64,000 nt of DNA from an uncultured Planctomycetota bacterium. Its GTDB lineage: Bacteria; Planctomycetota; PLA2; JAEUHO01. The first letter of the stretch is position 1. Each line of letters starts with the position of its first letter. A program made the position numbers and the translations under genes. Positions 51,535 through 60,660 of the stretch are shown here, in pieces. The stretch spans positions 288,001 through 352,000 of the forward strand of contig CAVVXN010000001.1 in assembly GCA_963752285.1 (NCBI GenBank), in the 5' to 3' direction. The notes beneath the pieces were generated by a model that saw only the letters and a program-made list of their open reading frames with translations, made no database searches and was not told the origin of the DNA.

Positions 51535-52353
51535 TCACGCCGGGACGTAGGAGAGGTCGATCTTGAACAGCTTCGCCGCGGTCCTCCAGGCGATGGACTC
51601 GCGCTGCTCCGGCGTCAGGGCCAGGTTGTCGAGGAACTTCACGTAGCCCCCCATCCCCACGAGCGGCCAGTCCGTCCCGTACATGAGCTGTCGCCCCGGA
51701 TCGCCCATGTAGAAGATCATGTCCTTCACGCGCATCGCCATGTACCGCTCGAACTCGTACGTGAAGTCGCCGAGCGTGAGCCCCGACATGTCGGCGTAGA
51801 CGTTGTCGTTCTTGTACAGGACCTCGGCCGTGTCTTGAAACCACGGGTTCCCGAGGTGGGCCATCACGAGCTTCACGTCGGGGTAGTCCACGGCGACGTC
51901 GTCCACGAGCAGCGGGTGCGCCTGCCGGACCTTCGCCGCCTTGCTGAACGTGTCGCCCGTGTGGATCACGACGGGCACGTCGTGCTTCGCGGCGATGCGA
52001 TAGACCGACTCGAGCGAGGGGTCGTTGATCGCGTAGCGGTCGTACCCCGGGTAGAGCTTGATGCCCTTCACGATGCCGTCCCGAATCCTCTCCTCCAGCG
52101 CGAACAGGTCGGTCCGGTTCTCGCCCCGCCAGCGGAGCCCCTCGATGACCGTCGTGCGGGGGTCGTTGGAGAGCATGTCGAGGACGTCCTCGACGCTCGG
52201 ACGGTCGATGTCCACCTTGTAGGAGGTCAGGACGACCGCGTGGTCCACCCCGTGCGCGGCCATGGCCGCGAACAGGGCCTTCACGTTCTGGGTCGTCGGA
52301 TGGCGGGTGGCCTCGTGGTACGAGTTCAGGTGGACGTGGCAGTCGATCAGCAT
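51535..52353 (-). CDS. Amidohydrolase_2 family protein
   Basis: IDCHVH, GIKLYP, IHTG, AHLG, YGTDWP. Confidence 0.9.
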   Translation of the reverse strand: MLIDCHVHLNSYHEATRHPTTQNVKALFAAMAAHGVDHAVVLTSYKVDIDRPSVEDVLDMLSNDPRTTVIEGLRWRGENRTDLFALEERIRDGIVKGIKLYPGYDRYAINDPSLESVYRIAAKHDVPVVIHTGDTFSKAAKVRQAHPLLVDDVAVDYPDVKLVMAHLGNPWFQDTAEVLYKNDNVYADMSGLTLGDFTYEFERYMAMRVKDMIFYMGDPGRQLMYGTDWPLVGMGGYVKFLDNLALTPEQRESIAWRTAAKLFKIDLSYVPA

Positions 52354-52441
52354 CCGCGCAATCTACGAAGCGCCGCCGGCTCGTTCGAGAATCCTTGCCA
52401 GAAGGTCCAGCGCGCGCCGGGCGCGGAGGGCCGGAGGGTCG

Positions 52442-53302
52442 TCATCCTCCGGCGAGGGCCGAGACGAGGACGAGGACGTCGCCGGGGACGAGGGGCGCGG
52501 CGGGGTCGTCGAGGAACCGACGCCCCCCGAGGCTCGCCCGCCAGTGGGCCGTGAGCCGGCCTCGTACCACGACAGGCCCTTCGAGCGCCGGGAACCGCGC
52601 GGCCAGCGCGGCGAGGACCTCGCCGAGCGTCCGGCCATGGACGTCCGCGCGGTCCACGCCCGCCAGCCGGCGCGCGATCTCGTAGAGCTCGATCCGGACG
52701 CGCGGAGGCTCGGCGTCGAGCCGGCGGAGCGCTTCCTCGTACTGTTCCGGCGTGTTCGTGTTCTCGAGCGAGAGCAGGGCCGGGTCCACCCGTCGCAGCT
52801 CGTCCTCTCCCACGCGCACCGTCGGCACGCGCTCGTAGAGGAAGATCGGGCGGAGCCGGTCGGCCGAGAGGAGCGCGCGGACGTCGGACAGCACGGACCG
52901 CCGATAGACCGCGGCCAGGGGATGGAGGCGCCCGCCCGCCTCGGCCACGACGACCGACGCGTCGCCGAGGCGCTCGAAGAGGAGGCCCACCAGGGCGCGC
53001 GAGAGGAACGGCGTGTCGCACGCCGTCGCGAAGAGGACGTCGCTCGCGGCCGCCTCGAGACCCGCCTCGAGCCCCTGGAGCGGGCCGCGGTCGAGCCGCC
53101 GGTCGAACGCGAGCCGCGCGTCGGGGGGGAGCGCGGGGAGATCCTGCCCGGGCCGCGCGACCACGATCCGCTCGTCCACCACCGGCCGGAGGAGCGCGAG
53201 GATCCGGTCGAGCATGGTCCGGGGGCCGAACGGCAGCGTGGCCTTGTCGCGGCCCATCCGGGTGCTCCGTCCGCCCGCGAGCACGAGGGCGCCGCGCGTC
53301 AC
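52442..53302 (-). CDS. mobA: Molybdenum cofactor guanylyltransferase fused to a MoaD/ThiS-like domain
   Basis: LAGGRSTRMGRDKA, GPLQG, ACDTP, HPLAAVY, NTNTPE; then a ubiquitin-like domain ending SALAGG-stop. GTGA overlap with moeA. Confidence 0.85.
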   Translation of the reverse strand: MTRGALVLAGGRSTRMGRDKATLPFGPRTMLDRILALLRPVVDERIVVARPGQDLPALPPDARLAFDRRLDRGPLQGLEAGLEAAASDVLFATACDTPFLSRALVGLLFERLGDASVVVAEAGGRLHPLAAVYRRSVLSDVRALLSADRLRPIFLYERVPTVRVGEDELRRVDPALLSLENTNTPEQYEEALRRLDAEPPRVRIELYEIARRLAGVDRADVHGRTLGEVLAALAARFPALEGPVVVRGRLTAHWRASLGGRRFLDDPAAPLVPGDVLVLVSALAGG

Positions 53303-55233
53303 GGCGAGAACCCCGCCTTCACGAGGCGGTCTCGCACCTTCGGATCGGCGAGCGCGGTCCGGAACGCCACGACGGCGGGCGCGTCCCAGCGGTCCTCGGG
53401 CACGAGGAAGTCGTAGCGCTCGTCCTTCAGCGGCCGCCAGCAGAGGCCCGCCGCGCGGGCCACGGTCTCGAGCGCGACGCCGAAGTCCGCGCGACCCTGC
53501 GCGATCGCCGCCGCCACCGCGGCGTGCGTCGTGTAGCCCGTCGCCCAGCCCGCGGGCCGCGCGTCGCCCTCGAGCGCGCCCGCGAGGAGGTCCTCGATCA
53601 ACGCCCGCGTCCCGCTCGCGGGGTTGCGGTTCGCCATCACGAGGCCCTTCGTCTTCGCGGCGCGGCAAAGCGCGTCGTCCGCGCCCTCCGCCACCCCGGC
53701 GGGCCCGAGCGCGTTCTCGTGCTCGGCTCGGTAGACGAGGCCCTGCCGCCGGCCGTACCCCGCGAGGAGCCGGGATCCGGGCGGCACGAACGCGACGTTG
53801 TACGCCCCCGTCGCCCGGTCGTAGAGGTGCACGGGCGCCACGTCGCACGCGCCGAGACGCGCGGCTTCGACGCCGCCGCGCGAGCCGACCCAGAGGCACT
53901 TGAGCGCGAGGCGTCGCGCGGCGAGGGGCTCGAGGACCACGTCGAGTCCCGTGCAGTGGCTGCCCACGACGACCAGGTCGGCGGGCTGGAGGCCCTCCCC
54001 GAGAAGCGTCACCTCCACCTCCGCGCCCGGGTCCACGTACTCGACGGACGCGGGGACCTCGAAGAAGCCGTCCGCCCGGGCGAAGGTCGTGACCGACCCG
54101 GAGCCCTTCCCCATCGGGAACGCGACGAGCCCATCGCGTCCGCGTGTGAGGCAGACGAGCATGAACTCCGCGCGGCCCGGCTCGCTCGTCATGCGTCGCG
54201 GCAGCCGCGCCACGGTTCGCGACGGCGCGCGATCCCCGCGTCCCGCGAGTCGTCTCAGGACGGGCGCCACGAACGCGTGGAAGGTGAAGATCGCCGAGGT
54301 CGGGAAGCCCGGGAGCACCACGACGGGCTTCCCGTGCCACGCGGCGAGGCACAGGGGCTTCCCGGGCTTCAGGGCGACGCCGTGGACCACGATCCGGGCG
54401 CGCTCCTCCACCACGCGGTACGAGAGGTCGCCGCCGCCCTTGCTCGTCCCTCCGGAGAGGAGAACGACGTCGTGGGCGTCGAGCGCCGCCTCGAGCCGCG
54501 CGGCGAGCGCGGCGCGGTCGTCCGGGACGATGCCGAGCGCGTTCACCTCCGCGCCCGCCTCGCGCGCGGCGTCGGCCAGCAGGGTCGCGTTCGCGTCGTG
54601 GACGTGGCCCGGCGCGAGCGGCGTGCCCGGCGCCACGATCTCGTCTCCGGTCGAGAACACGGCGACGCGGGGGCGGACGTGGACCTCGACCGCGTCGATC
54701 CCGACGGCGGCGAGCGTGCCCGTCTCGCGCGCCGTCAGCAGCGTGCCCGGGACGAGGACGGTCTCGCCCTGCACGACGTCGCTGCCGGCCGCGCTCACGT
54801 GCCCACCGGGGACCGCGGGGCGAACGACCCTGACGACGCGCTCGCCCTCGATCGTCGTGTCCTCGACCATCACGATCGCGTCCGCGCCTCGCGGCACGAC
54901 GCCGCCGGTCGCGATCGCCATCGCCTGGCCCGGCGCGAGCGCGTCCTGGCTCGGATGCCCCGCGTCCACAGACCGGTCCGCGAGCGCGAGTCTCCGGGGC
55001 GTCTTCTCGGTCGCGCCCCACGTGTCCTCGGCGCGCACGGCGAAGCCGTCCACGTTCGAGCGGTCGAAGGCGGGCACGTTGCCCGGCGCGACGACGGCGC
55101 GCGCGAGCACCCGGTGGAGGGCCGCGGCGAGCGGGACCCGCTCGGTCGCTCCCGGGGAGAGATCGAGGCGCGCCCACCACCGCGCCCGCGCCTCCTCGGG
55201 CGTCGAGACGCTCAAGAACTGGTCCTGCTTCAC
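53299..55233 (-). CDS. moeA: MoeA molybdopterin metal insertase fused to a periplasmic-binding-protein-type domain
   Basis: FDRSNVDGFAV, IATGG, STGDEI, SGGTSKG, KPGKP, LPGFPTS; C-terminal GSHC, NRNPASGTR, ERYDF. Confidence 0.92.
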   Translation of the reverse strand: MKQDQFLSVSTPEEARARWWARLDLSPGATERVPLAAALHRVLARAVVAPGNVPAFDRSNVDGFAVRAEDTWGATEKTPRRLALADRSVDAGHPSQDALAPGQAMAIATGGVVPRGADAIVMVEDTTIEGERVVRVVRPAVPGGHVSAAGSDVVQGETVLVPGTLLTARETGTLAAVGIDAVEVHVRPRVAVFSTGDEIVAPGTPLAPGHVHDANATLLADAAREAGAEVNALGIVPDDRAALAARLEAALDAHDVVLLSGGTSKGGGDLSYRVVEERARIVVHGVALKPGKPLCLAAWHGKPVVVLPGFPTSAIFTFHAFVAPVLRRLAGRGDRAPSRTVARLPRRMTSEPGRAEFMLVCLTRGRDGLVAFPMGKGSGSVTTFARADGFFEVPASVEYVDPGAEVEVTLLGEGLQPADLVVVGSHCTGLDVVLEPLAARRLALKCLWVGSRGGVEAARLGACDVAPVHLYDRATGAYNVAFVPPGSRLLAGYGRRQGLVYRAEHENALGPAGVAEGADDALCRAAKTKGLVMANRNPASGTRALIEDLLAGALEGDARPAGWATGYTTHAAVAAAIAQGRADFGVALETVARAAGLCWRPLKDERYDFLVPEDRWDAPAVVAFRTALADPKVRDRLVKAGFSP

Positions 55234-55289
55234 CCCGGCCAAGGTACCCGACGGACGGGTGTATCCCTGGTCGCCGAGGAGACGTGTCG

Positions 55290-56747
55290 ATGGAACGAAC
55301 GCCCTTCGCGTACGTGCCTCCCGCCCGGCGACGCCTGCGCGGCGGGACGCGCGCGCTCGCGCTCTCGCTGCTCCTCGTGCTCCCGGCGCGCTTCGCCGGC
55401 GCGCGCGGCGGCCCCGGGCCCGGCCAGCCGGTCTGGCCGCAGCCGGGACAGACCGACGAGGCGCTCTTCGAGAAGGCACAGCGGATCCAGTCTCGGATGT
55501 GGTGGCACCTGTCCCCCGAAGGCCTCCTCGTCGAGAGGCACCGCATCCCCGCGACGCCCGAGACGCTCGACCACGACGTGCTCGCGAGCTCGGACGCGGC
55601 GATCTGGACCGGTTGCTACGTGGCGTCGCAGGTGTGCCGGTGGAGCGTGACGCGCGACCCCGACGCCATGACGGAGCTCGAGCACCTCGCGCACGGCCTC
55701 GAGGCGCTGTCCACCGTGACGGGGGTGCCGGGCCGGATCGCGCGGAACGTCGGGCGTCCCTACCGTGGCCGGCCGGAGTGGCGCGCGATCGCCTCGCCCA
55801 CGGGGGACGGCCGGTGGTTCCGCCCCGACGTGAGCCGGGACCAGCTCGCCGGATTGACCCTCGGGTGGACGTGGATCGGGCGGTACCTGCCCGAGGCGCC
55901 CGACCTCCAAGCCCTCGCCGCCCGCCAGCTCGCCCAGATCGCTCGGCGCCTCTGGGCCGACGGGATGTGGCTCCGGGACTACCAGGGCAAGCCGACCGAC
56001 CACGGCGAGCTCCGGCCGACGCTTCGCTTCCCGCCCGGCGTGAAGAACGGCGTCGAGGCCGCGATCGGGCTGGCGACGATCCTCGCCGCCGCCGAGCTCA
56101 ACCCGGACGCACAGGACTTGAGGTCGATGGTCGTGCAGATGGACCGCGACGAATGGGACGACGCGCTCGACCACCAGTTCACGTTCTTCTCGAACCAGCT
56201 CACCAGCTCGAACGTGAACATGACGGCCCTCGCGCTGCTCGTCCTCGCGCGATGCCCGCATCCGAACGCCAACTACCGCGCGCGTCGCGGTCTCGACAAG
56301 CTGCGGGCCGCGACGGTCGGCTGGTGGAACGCCGGCGTCGATGCGTGCGTGCTCCTCGGCGGCGTACAGAACGACCGCGACCAGACGATCGGCGACATCC
56401 GCGCGGCGCTCCACGCGATGCCCGAGGAGGAGGCGCTCCCCCTCCACGTGGAGATGGTCCACAAGAACGAGATCGTCCCCATCGCGTACCGCACGCGCTA
56501 CTCGAGCTGGGCCTGGAAGGAGGACATCGAGAGCGGGAATCTCGCCGATCCGAACGGTCCTTCCGTCCCGCACATGACGGTGACGCGAGCGGACTGGCTG
56601 TTCGCCTACTGGCTCGCCCGCGCGGCGGCCGTGCTCGCGCCGAGGACCGGACCGGGGGCCGACCCGACCGCGCACCCGGTCGCGATGGACCTACCTCCGT
56701 GGCTGCGCGAGGCCGCCGCGCCCCCCGACGCGAACGCGGGGCGCTGA
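55290..56747 (+). CDS. Secreted hypothetical protein, possibly an alpha/alpha-toroid enzyme
   Basis: Signal-like N-terminus; DAAIWTG, VTGVPGRIAR, DVSRDQLAG, DWLFAYW. Confidence 0.75.
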   Translation: MERTPFAYVPPARRRLRGGTRALALSLLLVLPARFAGARGGPGPGQPVWPQPGQTDEALFEKAQRIQSRMWWHLSPEGLLVERHRIPATPETLDHDVLASSDAAIWTGCYVASQVCRWSVTRDPDAMTELEHLAHGLEALSTVTGVPGRIARNVGRPYRGRPEWRAIASPTGDGRWFRPDVSRDQLAGLTLGWTWIGRYLPEAPDLQALAARQLAQIARRLWADGMWLRDYQGKPTDHGELRPTLRFPPGVKNGVEAAIGLATILAAAELNPDAQDLRSMVVQMDRDEWDDALDHQFTFFSNQLTSSNVNMTALALLVLARCPHPNANYRARRGLDKLRAATVGWWNAGVDACVLLGGVQNDRDQTIGDIRAALHAMPEEEALPLHVEMVHKNEIVPIAYRTRYSSWAWKEDIESGNLADPNGPSVPHMTVTRADWLFAYWLARAAAVLAPRTGPGADPTAHPVAMDLPPWLREAAAPPDANAGR

Positions 56748-56811
56748 CACGAAGGCGCCCGCGGGAGAAGGACCCCCGCGGGCGCAAGAGAGGAGGCGGG
56801 CGGCGGGTCCC

Positions 56812-58551
56812 CTAGTGGGGCATCGCGTTGCGCCATTCCTTCAGGGCCACCTCGGCGGCCTGGTGGGCGGCGGTGGCCGCGGTCTGGGCGGCGTCGAGCG
56901 CCTGCTGTGCGCTCACGAGCTCTTCGTTCGCACCCTCGTCACCGTCCGCGACGGCCCGCTGGGCGTCGAGGAGCGCCTGCGTCGCGCTCTCGACCGACCG
57001 ATCGGCCTCGACGGCGGCCGCCTGCTTGGTCTCGAAGGCCTGCTGGAGCTCCAGCTGGTGCTGGACCGGGTCCTCGGCGGGCGTCGGATCGGCATCCGGC
57101 TTCACCTTGGCACGGGGCAGCACGCCGGGCGCGGGCGCGTCCGGGTTGAAGCCCATGTCCTTCAGGAGCTGACTGGTCGCGTCCAGCTGCCGCTGCAGCT
57201 CGTCCCGGCGCTCCTCTGCCTTGTCGAGCGTGTTCTGGGCACGCTGGGCGTCCTGGTCGGACTGCATCGCCTGCCGTTCCGCGTCCTCGGTGTGGCGGTC
57301 CGCGTCCTGGCACGCCCGGTGCGCCTGGTCCGCGGCGGCCTGGTGCTCCGGGCTCGGGTCGTCCTGGGCGAGCTTCTGGGCGTCGTCCAGCGCCCGATGG
57401 GCCTGGTCGGCGTCGTCGTGGGCCTGCTGGGCGGCCGTGCGATCCGCGTCCGCCCGCTCCTGGAGCGTGGCGACGTCCTGGGCCGCGGCGGTCAAACGCG
57501 CGGAGGCGTCGTCGAGCTGACGGGACAGCTCGTCCCGCTGCTGGAGCAGCTGGTCGAGACGCGAGCCGGAGGGCGCGGGGGTCGGCGTGGTGCCGGGCTG
57601 CGGCTCCGGAGCGGGCGTCGCGTCCTTGGGCGCCGCGCCGCGCGGGGTGTCCGGACCGGACTGCGCGGGCGTCGGAGGCGCGGGCGGGGGGAGGACCGGG
57701 ATCGGGTTCCCCGCGAGGTCGGGCGAGCCGCTCTGGCCGAGGGGCGACGGACGACCCGTGCGGCCGCCGCGACCACCGACGAAGCGCGACGCGATCGACA
57801 TCAGGCGCGAGTCGCCGGCGTCGAGACGGCGGAGCGTCGTCACGAGACCGCGGAACGACTGCGTGAGCGCGGGCTCCTCCTCGGCGATCTGGAGGTACAT
57901 GACCAGCGCCTCGGAGTAGAGACGGTAGTTCTCGAGCGTCTGCGCCATCAGGAGGCGGCGCGCGACCGGCGTCTCGTCCTTCAGCCGGTCGTCCGTGCGG
58001 ATCCAGTCGAGCTTCCTGTCCGCGCGGGGGTGGCGAATCGCCTTCACCTCGGCGGTGAGGGGCTTCGGGCCCTTCTCGTAGTAGAGACCCCACGTGAGGC
58101 GGTCACCGACGTCCACGCGCTCGAGCACCTCGGGCGGGAGGTACGCAACCGTCGTGAGCGACTTCGGCTCGAAGGGCGCGCTGTAGAGGACGTCGCGACC
58201 CTGATGGAACTCCAGCGTCGCGCTGCCGTCGTACGACTCGCTCACCTCGATCGCGTAGGTCTTGAGACCCTCGCGACGCACGTCGCCCTTGGGCCAGAGG
58301 AGGACGGCCGCGGGGACCGTCTTCTTGGACCCACGGTCGATCGGCGGGGCCTCGAAGGCCGGGAACTCGACGTCGTACCGAGTGGCGAGGCGGGCGATCA
58401 TCGCGTCCTCGTTCGTCGTGGGCGCGCTCGTGGCCGCGCCGAGGAGCGAGGAGCTCGAGCTCTCGCGGGCGCCGCAGCCGGCGAGCAGGCCGGCGGACGC
58501 CAGGAGGAACGCGCCGAGCACGGCGGGCGTTCGGTGGGTGGGACAGGACAT
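56812..58551 (-). CDS. Lipoprotein with a DUF928-like domain, Pro-rich linker and long Gln/Ala/Asp coiled coil
   Basis: LLAG-C lipobox; DRG...LLWP...LTW...YRLYSEAL...P; heptad-rich C-terminal half. Confidence 0.7.
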   Translation of the reverse strand: MSCPTHRTPAVLGAFLLASAGLLAGCGARESSSSSLLGAATSAPTTNEDAMIARLATRYDVEFPAFEAPPIDRGSKKTVPAAVLLWPKGDVRREGLKTYAIEVSESYDGSATLEFHQGRDVLYSAPFEPKSLTTVAYLPPEVLERVDVGDRLTWGLYYEKGPKPLTAEVKAIRHPRADRKLDWIRTDDRLKDETPVARRLLMAQTLENYRLYSEALVMYLQIAEEEPALTQSFRGLVTTLRRLDAGDSRLMSIASRFVGGRGGRTGRPSPLGQSGSPDLAGNPIPVLPPPAPPTPAQSGPDTPRGAAPKDATPAPEPQPGTTPTPAPSGSRLDQLLQQRDELSRQLDDASARLTAAAQDVATLQERADADRTAAQQAHDDADQAHRALDDAQKLAQDDPSPEHQAAADQAHRACQDADRHTEDAERQAMQSDQDAQRAQNTLDKAEERRDELQRQLDATSQLLKDMGFNPDAPAPGVLPRAKVKPDADPTPAEDPVQHQLELQQAFETKQAAAVEADRSVESATQALLDAQRAVADGDEGANEELVSAQQALDAAQTAATAAHQAAEVALKEWRNAMPH

Positions 58552-58694
58552 GGTGGCGCTCTCCGTCTGGCGCCCTCGAGGCTCCCTTCCGTGCCCCGCC
58601 GACCCGGCGGCTGCCCACAACCCGCGCTTCACACTTCGGCCCGGGCGTGTGGGCCGCATAAGGCCCAAGTTCAGGGCTCTTCAAAGGTCATGAA

Positions 58695-58712
58695 CAAATC
58701 AGGGATGATTTG
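58695..58712. promoter_or_regulatory. Palindromic operator candidate CAAATCA-GGGA-TGATTTG
   Basis: Perfect 7-4-7 dyad in an AT-rich patch between divergent genes. Confidence 0.5.
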
Positions 58713-58793
58713 CCTTGAGACCCGTTCGGAGGACGCCGAAGAGGGACCCGGATGCGGTGGTGGACCTCGCGGGGCGCGGCCGAGCCCCCTCGA

Positions 58794-60515
58794 ATGACCC
58801 TCCCCTCCCTCCGCCCCTGGGCCCTGCTCCTCGCCCTGGGCGGCGCGTCGGTCCTCGCCCTGGCCGCCCCCTCACGCGCGGCCCCCGCGGCGGTGGCGCC
58901 GACCCGCGGCTCCCTCCTCTCGCGCGAGCTCTCCCTCCTCGCGCGGCGGCTCTGGGTCCGCGGGGCGGAGCCGGACGTGGCCAGCCAGGCGATCCGGGCG
59001 GCCCGGGCCTGGCGGGACGGACACCGCGCGAGCGCGCTGCGGGTACTGAAGGAGCTCGCCGCGTCCCTCCGCGAGGGCGTCGTGAGCCAGGACGACGCCT
59101 CGATCGAGCGGACCACCCGCGCGGAAGCCGAGGTCCTCTCGGTGGGAGCCCGCGCGGCGCTCGCCGAGAACCGGGTCGCCGACGTCCTCTACTTCCTGGA
59201 GTCCTCCCGCGCAAGCGCGCTCGACTCCCAGCTCGCGCTGTCGGCCGAGGAGGACGCCCCGTTCGACGACGACGCGGGCGCCGCGACGATCGCGCTCCTC
59301 GAATCACGCGAGGCGTCGGCGCGCAAGAGCGAGGCGCTCGCCTTCGCCGGGTGGCGCCTCGCGTACGCCGGCGGGAACCTCACCGGCATCCGTCGCGCGC
59401 GCGAGGCGCTCGACGCCGCGCGGGACCGCTCCGCGGCGGCGCGCGAGCGGCTCGACCGCGCGCGGCGCGCGGCCGCCGGCGAGGTCGTCGCGCCGCCCGC
59501 GACCATCCACGACCTCCGCTTCGCCCTTCGTGGCGACGAGGCGCTCGTCCATTACGCCCTCCTCGCCGACGAGGCGTGGGCGCTCGTCGTGCGCCCGCAC
59601 GACGTGCAGGCCGTCTCGCTGGGCACGACTTCGGACGTGCTGCGCGCGGTCCACGGGCTCCGTCTCGACGACCCGGACGACGACGCGGTCGCCGCCACGG
59701 CCCGGCTCCGCGCCGCGATCGTCGCCCCGCTCGGGCTCGACGGCTCGACGCGCCGCGTCGTGTTCGTCCCCGACGGACGCCTCGCCGGCGTCCCGTTCGC
59801 GCTGCTCGTTCCCGATCGCATCGTGTCGCTCGTCCCGTCGGGCTCGGTGTGGCTTCGGCTCATGCGCGAGCGGCACCCCGAGGGCCACGGCGTCCTCGCG
59901 ATCGGCGGACCCGACTACGGCACGTCCCCGGCCGGCCTCCCGTTGCCGCTCGACGCGTCCGGCGTACCGCCCGAGTCGCTGGCGGCCGCGTCGGCCGAGG
60001 TGCGTCGCGTGGGGGACCAGGTGCACATGGGCCCCGACGCGACCGAGACCGCGCTTCGCCGCGCGCTCGCCGGCGACCGCTCCTGGGCCGCGATCCACGT
60101 GGCCTGCCACGGCCTCCTCGCCGAGACCGCGGCCGGCTGCGCGCTCGCCCTGGCACCCAGCCCCCAGGACGACGGGCTGCTCACGGTGCCGGAGATCGAG
60201 GACCTCGACGTGCGCTCGGAGCTCGTCGTCCTCTCCGCTTGTCACACGGGGGAGGGCCCGGTGATCGACCCCGAAGGATGCATCTCTCTCGCCCGCGCGT
60301 TCCTCGCGGCGGGCGCGCCGCGCGTGATCGCGAGCCTCGGGACCGTGGACGACGAGGCGACGGCCGCGCTGATGGAGCGCTTCTACGCGTTCTGGCGCCA
60401 GGGGATCCCTGCGGCCGACGCGCTCCGCCAGGCGCAGGCCCACGTGCGGTCGCAGCCGCGCTGGTCGCATCCGCACTTCTGGGCGTGCTGGACGGTCCTC
60501 GGCACCGCCGACTGA
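58794..60515 (+). CDS. CHAT-domain (caspase-like) protease with a signal peptide
   Basis: VPDGRLAGVPFALL, IHVACHG, LVVLSACHTG, AFLAAGA, VDDEAT, HPHFWA. Confidence 0.9.
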   Translation: MTLPSLRPWALLLALGGASVLALAAPSRAAPAAVAPTRGSLLSRELSLLARRLWVRGAEPDVASQAIRAARAWRDGHRASALRVLKELAASLREGVVSQDDASIERTTRAEAEVLSVGARAALAENRVADVLYFLESSRASALDSQLALSAEEDAPFDDDAGAATIALLESREASARKSEALAFAGWRLAYAGGNLTGIRRAREALDAARDRSAAARERLDRARRAAAGEVVAPPATIHDLRFALRGDEALVHYALLADEAWALVVRPHDVQAVSLGTTSDVLRAVHGLRLDDPDDDAVAATARLRAAIVAPLGLDGSTRRVVFVPDGRLAGVPFALLVPDRIVSLVPSGSVWLRLMRERHPEGHGVLAIGGPDYGTSPAGLPLPLDASGVPPESLAAASAEVRRVGDQVHMGPDATETALRRALAGDRSWAAIHVACHGLLAETAAGCALALAPSPQDDGLLTVPEIEDLDVRSELVVLSACHTGEGPVIDPEGCISLARAFLAAGAPRVIASLGTVDDEATAALMERFYAFWRQGIPAADALRQAQAHVRSQPRWSHPHFWACWTVLGTAD

Positions 60516-60660
60516 CCGGGCGGGACCCGCCGCCCCCGGACGGACCCCGCCTCGGCCGGGCCGGCCAGCGCGCGAGGGATCCAGCCGCGCGGGTCTATGC
60601 TGAGGGGCGCATGGAGAACCCCTACGTCGTCCGGACGCAGCGCGGCGGGCGTTGACGCGG

